Positions 1 to 7,848 of a stretch of 64,000 bases of DNA are shown piece after piece. The notes under the pieces were generated by a model. The model saw only the letters and a list, made by a program, of their open reading frames with translations. It made no database searches and was not told the origin of the DNA. Location: positions 443 to 64,442 of the forward strand of contig CAMEON010000002.1 in assembly GCA_945929845.1 (NCBI GenBank), in the 5' to 3' direction. The position numbers and the translations under genes are program-made. Every line of letters begins with the position of its first letter. Within the stretch, counting starts at the first letter, position 1. The DNA comes from an uncultured Clostridia bacterium. Lineage in GTDB: Bacteria; Bacillota; Clostridia; Oscillospirales; CAG-272.

Positions 1-2
1 AG

Positions 3-2618
3 GGCGACAACATCCTCTCCGACACACCCGTGCAGATCATCACCTTTGACAAAGGTCTTGACGGGCAGAAGTCCCCGCACCGGGTCAATCCCGGGGATGT
101 GTACGGCATGAGGCTGTCTCTGGGTGCCCCCTTTAACGGGATCGGCTACTGTCTGCCCACCTGGAGCACCACCGACAGCGACTGCACCCTGTCCCTGTAC
201 GCCTGGAACGGCACCTTCGACGACACGATAGCCGCTTCCCCCATCGCTACGGAGCGCTTTGAGAATGTTCAGGACTGCCGGAACTACTTCATCCGCTTCG
301 ACGAGCAGCCGGCCGGGGAATACTACTTCTGCATTGAGCAGGTGGAGGGAACCATCGGCACCTGGATGTACCCGGCCACCGTGTCCAACGGCTTTGTGTA
401 TGACAACGGGCTGGAAGCCGAGAAAGACCTTGAGATCACCGTTTGCTTCACCAAAACCCCCAAAGAGCCGTTTGGCAAAGTCATCAGCATCACGGATGTG
501 GACGGGAATCACACTGCCCCGGAAGAGTATGTCATTCCGGACGACAGCCTGATCTACACCCACACCGTCATGCCGGACACCTGGGTGTTCACCGACGGGC
601 TGGGCCGTGTTTCCCTGACCAACGCCGAGGTGGGAGATCCCAGAGAGGATCGCACCCTGGCCCTGTTCTACTGGACATGGCACGGGGATCTGGCCTCCGG
701 CAACGAACCGCTCAATGTGAATGATTTCATCATCCGGTATCCGGAAGCTCAGAATGATTACAATCATCCAGCCTGGCCTACCGGCAGTACCGCCTACTTC
801 TGGGATCAGCCCATCTACGGCTACTACCGCACCACGGATGAGTGGGTGCTCCGCCATCAGGCAGAGCTTCTGGCCAACGCCGGTGTGGATGTGATCTTCA
901 CAGATAACACCAATGGCGCCTTCACCTGGCGTTCCAGTTACCTCAAGCTGTATGATACCTGGGATCAGGCGCAACAGGACGGCGTGAATGTACCCAAGGT
1001 GTCCTACCTCCTTCCCTTTGGCCCCAATGAAGGAAGCCTCCAGCAGATTCAGGACATTTATCTGGACATTTACCGCCCCGGCAGGTACCAGAACCTGTGG
1101 TACTACCTGGACGGAAAGCCCATGCTCATGGGGTACAACAGCAATGTGAACACCTCCCAGGCATTGGGTAAGGAGATCAATAATTTCTTCACTTTCCGGA
1201 ACGGCCAGGCGGTCTACAAGGTTGGAAACACCCAGATCGGACAGTGGGGCTGGCTCTCCACCTACCCGCAGGCCGTGTACTACGGCACGAGAGACCAGCG
1301 GAAGAACGGCATTGTGGAGCAGATGACAGTCGGCGTGTCCGCCAACTTCGACTATGTCCAGCAGATTCTTTCCGCTATGAACGGCGAGAACATCACCGGC
1401 CGCTCCTACACCACCTCCGGCTACCACACCGAGGAGGGTGCCAGCAACTGGGGCTACTTCTTTGCCGAGCAGTTTGAGTATGCCCTGGAAGTGGACCCGC
1501 TGGTGCTGTTCGTCACCGGATGGAACGAGTGGACGGCAGGCCGTCAGGAGCTGTGGGGCGGTGTGACCAACGCCTTTGCCGATGAGTACATCGACGAGTA
1601 CTCCCGTGACCTGGAGCCTACCCGGGGTGCCCTGAAAGATCACTACTACTACCAGTTCGTCAACTTCGTCCGCCAGTACAAGGGTGCCCGACCCATCCCC
1701 ACGCCCTCCCTGTCCAAGGTCATAGACATCAACGCAGGGGTTGAACAGTGGGCAAATGTGGAGCCCTACTACGCCGCCTACATCGGCAACACCGGCGACC
1801 GGGATGCGGAGGGGTACGGTTCCCTGCACTACACCGACACCTCCGGACGCAACGATCTGATCGGCGCCCAGGTAGCCCGGGACGAGGACAATGTATACTT
1901 CCTCTGCGAGTGTCAGGAGAATATCTCCCCGTACACCGACCCGCTGTGGATGGTGCTGTACATTGACTCCGACCAGAACAACCAGGGATGGGAATCCTTC
2001 GACTATGTCATCAACAAGACGGCTCCCACCGCCACCACCGCTACCCTGGAGCGCTTCACCGGGAACGGATATGAGACGGTAAAGGTGGCGGATGTGTCCT
2101 ACACCGTGGACGGGCGGTACATGCAGATCGCTGTGCCGAAGTCGGCTCTGGGGCTGTCCGGATACGATTTCACCATCAACTTCTCCTGGACGGACAATGT
2201 GCATGACGAGGCGGATGCCGGCGTTGTGGGTCAGGATGGCCGTGCGGTGTACAGCACCTTCTCCGGCGACATTCTGGACTTCTACACCTCCGGTGATGTG
2301 GCTCCCGGCGGACGGTTCAAGTTCTCCTACACCAGCACCAACGAGAATGCCGGAAATTCCGGGACAGACACCCCCGCCGAGGAGACCACTGCTCCGGAAC
2401 CTGTGACCGATGCCGACACCACCAACCCGGAGACCACGGTGGACACCCCTGCTCCGGCCGATGAGACCACCCAGCCTGCCGAGGAGACCACAAAAGCGGC
2501 GGACAAAACCGCCGGCGGCTGTACCTCCTCCCTGACCGCTCTCCCCGCGCTGGCCTGTCTGGCACTTCTTCCGGTGGCTGTGAAGCGGAAGAAGAAACAG
2601 CAGAATCATTCACTCTAA
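3..2618 (+). CDS. Secreted glycoside-hydrolase-like protein, 5' end probably outside the window; T/P/E-rich linker and C-terminal hydrophobic anchor with basic tail
   Basis: The frame stays open from the GTG at 30 to the window edge. The core FTDNTNGAF...FVTGWNEWTAGRQ is shared with the paralog at 17.1-19.5 kb (GH99/WbsX-like by motif memory only). Linker TPAEETTAPEPVTDADTTNPETT; tail GGCTSSLTALPALACLALLPVAVKRKKK. Confidence 0.55.
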   Translation, partial: GDNILSDTPVQIITFDKGLDGQKSPHRVNPGDVYGMRLSLGAPFNGIGYCLPTWSTTDSDCTLSLYAWNGTFDDTIAASPIATERFENVQDCRNYFIRFDEQPAGEYYFCIEQVEGTIGTWMYPATVSNGFVYDNGLEAEKDLEITVCFTKTPKEPFGKVISITDVDGNHTAPEEYVIPDDSLIYTHTVMPDTWVFTDGLGRVSLTNAEVGDPREDRTLALFYWTWHGDLASGNEPLNVNDFIIRYPEAQNDYNHPAWPTGSTAYFWDQPIYGYYRTTDEWVLRHQAELLANAGVDVIFTDNTNGAFTWRSSYLKLYDTWDQAQQDGVNVPKVSYLLPFGPNEGSLQQIQDIYLDIYRPGRYQNLWYYLDGKPMLMGYNSNVNTSQALGKEINNFFTFRNGQAVYKVGNTQIGQWGWLSTYPQAVYYGTRDQRKNGIVEQMTVGVSANFDYVQQILSAMNGENITGRSYTTSGYHTEEGASNWGYFFAEQFEYALEVDPLVLFVTGWNEWTAGRQELWGGVTNAFADEYIDEYSRDLEPTRGALKDHYYYQFVNFVRQYKGARPIPTPSLSKVIDINAGVEQWANVEPYYAAYIGNTGDRDAEGYGSLHYTDTSGRNDLIGAQVARDEDNVYFLCECQENISPYTDPLWMVLYIDSDQNNQGWESFDYVINKTAPTATTATLERFTGNGYETVKVADVSYTVDGRYMQIAVPKSALGLSGYDFTINFSWTDNVHDEADAGVVGQDGRAVYSTFSGDILDFYTSGDVAPGGRFKFSYTSTNENAGNSGTDTPAEETTAPEPVTDADTTNPETTVDTPAPADETTQPAEETTKAADKTAGGCTSSLTALPALACLALLPVAVKRKKKQQNHSL

Positions 2619-2761
2619 TCTTATAGGAAGATTCACAGAGGGGTTGTTTCTATCGGATGTAGCCCCTCTTTGGAATCGTGGCGTGCTTACGGGTATGCCC
2701 GCATTGTCCCGGCTTCAGAAGCCATTGCAAATCAGTACAAAATATAGTATAGGAAAACAGC

Positions 2762-4798
2762 ATGAACATGAAAAGGAAAATCACACCATTCGTCAGTCTG
2801 CTTCTGGCACTTCAACTGTCCATCTCCGTATTGGTCTTCTCCGGTTGCACACCGTCGCAGAATAATAGTACGGAAACAAGCCCGACAACGCAGTTCGAAA
2901 ATGAAAGCGACACATCCGCCCCCGAGACCCAGCCAGACACCTTACCGCAAACAGATGCAGACACCGAAAAGGAAACCGAAAGCGAACCGCAGACTGAACC
3001 GGAGACCGAGGTGCAGACTGAGGCGGACACCCAACCGGAGGATGAGATCGTGGAAAGGAACATCGAGGAGCGTTACTTCATATTCCGCATATGGAATTTC
3101 AACGAGCGAGGGCTGAATACTTTCAAGTCCATCGTGGACACAGCCCAGCAGGCGGGGTTCACTGCAATCAAAATCCATATTCCGTGGGATCGTGTGGAGA
3201 AGACCGACGGCGTGTATGAGTATACGGCCTTTGACGATATGGTGGATTATGTCGTAGCCGAAAAAGGCATGAAGGTTGCCATCTCCCTGGATATGTCCCG
3301 GCGGGCCGGTGACTCTCTCATCCCGGAAGAGGATATTCAGCGGGATCGGGAGGGCAATCTCTGCGTCGGCGGCGCATACTATGCCCGCACAGCCTTCTCC
3401 TTCTGCTCTGAGTATGCGGTAGCCAAGGCCACGGCCTTCTACACCGATGCGGTCAAGCATTTTGACAGCCTGTACGGAGAGGAGATCCTCTTCTATCTTC
3501 CGGCCTTTTCCCAGTACTGTGAGACGGAGTACTGGTGCGCCGGTGAGTATGATTACTCGGAAAAGGCCGTCACCGCTTTCCGTTCCTGGCTGGCACAGTC
3601 GTACAGTACCATAGAGGACTTCAACCGGGCCACCGGCAGATCCTACGCCTCCTTTGATGAGATCATTCCGCCCTCCTGCACTGCCAGCGACAGTCTGGGG
3701 GTGCTGTGGTATCAGTTCCGCCATCAGAAGCTCAAGGCCATGATCGACACGCTGGCCACGGCGCAGAAGGAAGCCTGCCCCAATACCAAGATCACCATCC
3801 AGTTGGGATGCGTCTTTGACTCTGTCGCAGCCACCCGTTGTACCTTGGGCTTCGTTGACCTGTGCGAGCGTGTAGATGTGCTGTGGCTGGATGATGGGCC
3901 GGCTTACGACCACGCCTGGTCCATGGACTATGTCCGCAGTATGCTCCCTGCCCATATTGCCCTGGCGCAGGAGATCGACGGCCCTCTCCAGGCAAATGCC
4001 AGCGTGGAAAACTACCTGGATCAGGGTCTGACCGCCTTTGAACGGGAAGCCACCTATGTGAGTATCGCCAACTGGGACATCAATGACTACTACTATCGCT
4101 ATGAGGATACCTGGAAGCAGATCGCTTCCACCTGGTTGTGTCAGGATCCCCCTGCCGTGCTGAAGGTCACCCAGGATTCTCCGGTTCTGGAGGTATCCCT
4201 GTATGATATGTTCCGCATGAAGAGCCCCGATGGGTTCATCAGTAAGTACCACAGCCTGGCCCAGGATGGGCAGTCCGTCCGCATCAAGGTCATTGACGAT
4301 CTGACCGGGCGCACGGCGGACAGTACTTCCCTCTCTTACACATTCCCAAGCGGTTTTTCTGCCGAGCAAGGTACCAACGGCTGGTATTACATGAACCATC
4401 GGCGGGGCAAGTTCACGGAAATGACCTACGATGCAGAAAAACGCTGGTGGCAGGGAGCGGCGGCCTTCAACCTGATCATGGCCGACGGAACTGTTCACCC
4501 CGATACATACGATACGGCACTGGTATTTGAGGTGCCCGCAGACGGTACTGTCCAGTACTATTTCTTGCTGTCATTGATCTCTGACCAGAGTGATGGGGTG
4601 CGGGTCGCTGTGATGCGCAACGACGAGCGCATCTACCCGGCGGATTCCTCCTTTGCATCCGTAGCCCCTGCGTCCACGCTGGAGGAGACATTGACCATTA
4701 CAGTACAGAAGGGTGACCGGATCGCTCTGATCGTGAACCAAGGCTCAACCCATGCGAATGATTCCTCAAAGCTTTCTGTTTTCGTAGACTATCAGTAA
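2762..4798 (+). CDS. Lipoprotein, GH42/GH35-like TIM-barrel glycoside hydrolase candidate
   Basis: Lipobox signal MNMKRKITPFVSLLLALQLSISVLVFSGC, followed by an acidic T/E/P/Q linker. IKIHIPWDRVEKTDGVYEYTAFDDMVDYVVAEKGMKV resembles the N-terminal strands of GH42-type barrels. Confidence 0.5.
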   Translation: MNMKRKITPFVSLLLALQLSISVLVFSGCTPSQNNSTETSPTTQFENESDTSAPETQPDTLPQTDADTEKETESEPQTEPETEVQTEADTQPEDEIVERNIEERYFIFRIWNFNERGLNTFKSIVDTAQQAGFTAIKIHIPWDRVEKTDGVYEYTAFDDMVDYVVAEKGMKVAISLDMSRRAGDSLIPEEDIQRDREGNLCVGGAYYARTAFSFCSEYAVAKATAFYTDAVKHFDSLYGEEILFYLPAFSQYCETEYWCAGEYDYSEKAVTAFRSWLAQSYSTIEDFNRATGRSYASFDEIIPPSCTASDSLGVLWYQFRHQKLKAMIDTLATAQKEACPNTKITIQLGCVFDSVAATRCTLGFVDLCERVDVLWLDDGPAYDHAWSMDYVRSMLPAHIALAQEIDGPLQANASVENYLDQGLTAFEREATYVSIANWDINDYYYRYEDTWKQIASTWLCQDPPAVLKVTQDSPVLEVSLYDMFRMKSPDGFISKYHSLAQDGQSVRIKVIDDLTGRTADSTSLSYTFPSGFSAEQGTNGWYYMNHRRGKFTEMTYDAEKRWWQGAAAFNLIMADGTVHPDTYDTALVFEVPADGTVQYYFLLSLISDQSDGVRVAVMRNDERIYPADSSFASVAPASTLEETLTITVQKGDRIALIVNQGSTHANDSSKLSVFVDYQ

Positions 4799-4900
4799 GG
4801 CACAAGTCAGCCGGGGAAAGGAGTTGCCTCCGTACTGCTGCGTCACGCATCTGTACGCTTGGGGCATCTCCCTTCCCCGGCTTTCTATTTGCTTTGCTTT

Positions 4901-6823
4901 TTACAAGGGCTTCAAATATCCTCTGAAGGTCAGATAGGACAGGATCCCCTCGATGTTCACGGCACTTTCCCACGGGCGATACCGGCACCCCACCGGCACT
5001 CCCTCGCTGTAATACTCCGGCCAGGAAAGGCACTCGTCCATCGCATCCAGGCACAGGTCATAGTAGGTGTCGGCCAGCTCGCTCCTAATGCTGACCAGAT
5101 TATACAGGGTCAGGCCGTAGTCATACCCCACAATGCGCCCGGTGCGTTTCTCTATGGCACCTTCCAGGATGGTCTTCTCGGTCAGGGCGGCATCCGTCAG
5201 GTTGACATTCGTGTAGTTGGACATCAGGGTGACGGTAGGCAGGGCGTACCGTCTGACCTCCGGCACCCGCTCCATCCCCTTGGCCATGCAGTTGGGGCAC
5301 AGGAAGTTCCCGCTCTTGGTTCTGCGGAGGTGGTCAAAAGCATGGCATTCCGGATTTCTCCCCATGCCGTCGCATATGCCATAGGTGAAGCGCACGGACG
5401 CATAGGGGCGGTAGGCCGGATTGTTGGCATACAGCACGCCGCCTTCCATGAAATTCCCGGCAAAGCGGGCACGGGCCAGGGCGGCGTTCTCCCGTATTTC
5501 ACCCAGAAGATCCTCCGGGAGGAAGGCGACCTGATCCTGAAAGGCGATCAGCGCCTCGCAGGCGGCGGCGAACAGCATGGTTCCCTCCGCCGAGCCGTCC
5601 AGCAGACAGGAGCGAGGAAGGATCCCCCCGGCGATGTAGGTCTCATCCCCGTTGAAGGGTACCATCCCCTCATGGAAATGGGAGACGAGGCAGTGATACG
5701 CCCACAGGAGCATGGGATATGCCTCCGGTAGGATGGTGGTGTCTCCTGTCCTGTCCACATAGCAGCGTGCCAGCAGGATCAGGTAAGCCGTCATCTCCAC
5801 CTCATCGTTTTCCGCCGGGTGGAATATGTGTGGCACGCCGCACCCCTGGGCGTTCCTGACCTTCCCCTCCCGGGTGTAGGTGTCCATGAAGAAGCGCAGG
5901 ACTTTCTTTGCCTCCTCATGCAGACCCAGGGCAAGCATTCCCCGGGCGACCCCGTACTGATCCCGGACATAGCCCAGTCTGTAGCAGGATCCGGCCAGCA
6001 CGCCGCCTGCCCTTTCCTGTTGGGCGGTCAGGTTCCACACGGTGCCCAGAATGGCCTGCCGCACCTCCTCATATCGGGGCGTGTCGGCGGACAGGCGGCG
6101 CAGAATACCGCACGCATCCAGCACCCCCTGTGCATGGCGGTATGCGCTCTGCCGCATGTCCGCCTCCGACAGGTTCAGCACCCGGTCGGTATTCCGACAG
6201 ATCTCCTCATAATCCCGGCCGCTGACGAAGCAGATGTGGCTCTCCCCCGGGGAGAATGTGGCGCAGAGGCTCTTTTTGTCTTTTTCTTTGTCTTTGTCTT
6301 TTTCTTTGTCTTTATCTTTGTCGTCCCCCAGGCTGACTGTCACTGCCCCGAAGAACAGGAGGACATAGAACTGCTCAAAGCCCAGGGGCAGGCGGTTGTA
6401 CAGGTAGTTCCCGGCATAGGTCTCTATCATGACCGCCGCCTGGGCTGTGGGGTACAGCTCCGGCATCAGAATGGGCGGGTGGCACCCGGCACTCAACTGG
6501 GCTCCGATGGTGAAATCCATCCTGACCGTCTCCCTGACGCACACGCTCCGCACAAGGCAGGCACTCTCCGGAAGGGCGTAATCCACCACCTTTCCCACAG
6601 GGAGCTGTCCCAGCGGCTCCCCCCGCCGGAACAGCTCTGTCTCCCACACCGGCGCATCCCCCAGGCAATGGGAATCCATCGGCTGATCCACGCCACGGCA
6701 CACGGCGGAAAGGATGGGCGGAGACGAGTAGGGTGAGCCGAACAGGCTTTCTATATCCGCCTTCTTCATGTAGGCACAGATGGTGCCGTTCCCTACACAG
6801 TGAATGGCTTCTGTCTGTTTCAT
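4901..6823 (-). CDS. GH15-like (alpha/alpha)6-barrel protein (glucoamylase/glucodextranase-related) with a K/D/E low-complexity insert
   Basis: GYVRDQYGVARGMLALGLHEEAKKVLRFF and C-terminal RPWESAVNIEG are GH15-like. I place the start at the ATG at 6823 (MKQTEAIHC) because GGGGGAGG lies 7 nt upstream and the longer ORF (to 6949) would overlap trxB. Insert DDKDKDKEKDKDKEKDKK. Confidence 0.55.
   Translation of the reverse strand: MKQTEAIHCVGNGTICAYMKKADIESLFGSPYSSPPILSAVCRGVDQPMDSHCLGDAPVWETELFRRGEPLGQLPVGKVVDYALPESACLVRSVCVRETVRMDFTIGAQLSAGCHPPILMPELYPTAQAAVMIETYAGNYLYNRLPLGFEQFYVLLFFGAVTVSLGDDKDKDKEKDKDKEKDKKSLCATFSPGESHICFVSGRDYEEICRNTDRVLNLSEADMRQSAYRHAQGVLDACGILRRLSADTPRYEEVRQAILGTVWNLTAQQERAGGVLAGSCYRLGYVRDQYGVARGMLALGLHEEAKKVLRFFMDTYTREGKVRNAQGCGVPHIFHPAENDEVEMTAYLILLARCYVDRTGDTTILPEAYPMLLWAYHCLVSHFHEGMVPFNGDETYIAGGILPRSCLLDGSAEGTMLFAAACEALIAFQDQVAFLPEDLLGEIRENAALARARFAGNFMEGGVLYANNPAYRPYASVRFTYGICDGMGRNPECHAFDHLRRTKSGNFLCPNCMAKGMERVPEVRRYALPTVTLMSNYTNVNLTDAALTEKTILEGAIEKRTGRIVGYDYGLTLYNLVSIRSELADTYYDLCLDAMDECLSWPEYYSEGVPVGCRYRPWESAVNIEGILSYLTFRGYLKPL
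6271..6326 (-). repeat. Coding A/T-rich imperfect microsatellite (CTTTKT-like) encoding DDKDKDKEKDKDKEKDKK
   Basis: ctttttgtctttttctttgtctttgtctttttctttgtctttatctttgtcgtc inside an otherwise GC-rich gene. Confidence 0.9.
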
Positions 6824-6846
6824 GCTGGATGCCTCCCCCGTTATTG

Positions 6847-7773
6847 TCAGGACTGCCCCTTCTGATCCAGGTAGTCGCAGGCGGCCAGAGCGGCCACGGC
6901 ACCGTCTGCGGCGGCGGTAGTGACCTGACGGATGCGTTTCCTCCGGCAATCCCCGGCCACGAAGACACCGGGCACCGATGTGGTGCAGGACTCGTCAGCC
7001 TCCGCATAGCCCCACTGATCCAAAGTCAGGATGTTGGCAAAGGCAGTGTTCTGCGGCACAAGGCCAACAGCTACGAACAGGCCGTCCACCGACAGGTCTG
7101 TCGTGACCCCATCCGATACCCTGCGTATGCGGATACCGGTCAGCGCATCCTCGCCAAAGAGTGCATCCACCACATGGCCTGTGATGACCTCCACATTCTC
7201 CCGCTGGGACAGTTGCTCCTGTAGCTTCTGTTCCCCGGTCAAAAAGTCCAGATTCTGCACCACCGTGACCCGGGCGGCGGTGTCCGCCAGCAGGAGAGCC
7301 TCCTGGAGGGCGGAATTGCCGCCGCCCACCACCGCCACCGGTCGGTCGGCGTAAAAGGCTCCATCGCAGACGGCGCAGAAGGAGATACCGTTGCCGATCA
7401 GATCCTCCTCCCGGTCAAGGCCCAGCCGTCTGTGCCGGGCACCGGTGGCCACAATGACGGCCCTGGCAGTATACACCTGTCCGTCTGCCGTCACGGTGAA
7501 GCCCCCATCCGGCTCCTTCCCTGCCTCCACGGCTGTCACCTCGGCGGATTCCACATCCGCTCCCTGGGCCAGCACCTGATCCACCAGCTTCTCGGCAAAC
7601 TCATTGCCGGATACGGCGGCAAAGCCCGGAATATTCTCCACCTTGGGGGAGAAGGTGATCTGCCCTCCGAAGGTTTCTTTCTCAAGGATCAGCACAGTCT
7701 TGTTGGCGCGCCGGGCGTACAGAGCCGCTGTCAGGCCTGCCGGGCCGCCGCCTATGATCATGATGTCGTACAT
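6847..7773 (-). CDS. trxB: Thioredoxin-reductase-like flavoprotein (low-Mr TrxR family) lacking the NADPH HRRxxxR motif
   Basis: MYDIMIIGGGPAGLTAALYA (FAD GxGxxG), redox CAVCDG, second GGGNSALQEA Rossmann motif, C-terminal GVFVAGDC. The position of HRRxxxR reads VQNLDFLTGEQ. Start at 7773 with GGAAAGGAAG upstream. Confidence 0.8.
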   Translation of the reverse strand: MYDIMIIGGGPAGLTAALYARRANKTVLILEKETFGGQITFSPKVENIPGFAAVSGNEFAEKLVDQVLAQGADVESAEVTAVEAGKEPDGGFTVTADGQVYTARAVIVATGARHRRLGLDREEDLIGNGISFCAVCDGAFYADRPVAVVGGGNSALQEALLLADTAARVTVVQNLDFLTGEQKLQEQLSQRENVEVITGHVVDALFGEDALTGIRIRRVSDGVTTDLSVDGLFVAVGLVPQNTAFANILTLDQWGYAEADESCTTSVPGVFVAGDCRRKRIRQVTTAAADGAVAALAACDYLDQKGQS

Positions 7774-7848
7774 GGTCAGCTTCCTTTCCCCGGGTCTTCC
7801 CCGGATATACATATGCGGGGGACTTTCCATGAGAAAGCCCCCCTTCGC

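Noticed and set aside
6824-6949. N-terminal 42-aa extension of the GH15-like ORF (Arg-rich MPEETHPSGHYRRRRRCRG...)
   Set aside because: It would overlap the 3' end of trxB by ~100 nt. The internal ATG at 6823 has a strong GGAGG-type RBS and begins a normal-looking N-terminus.
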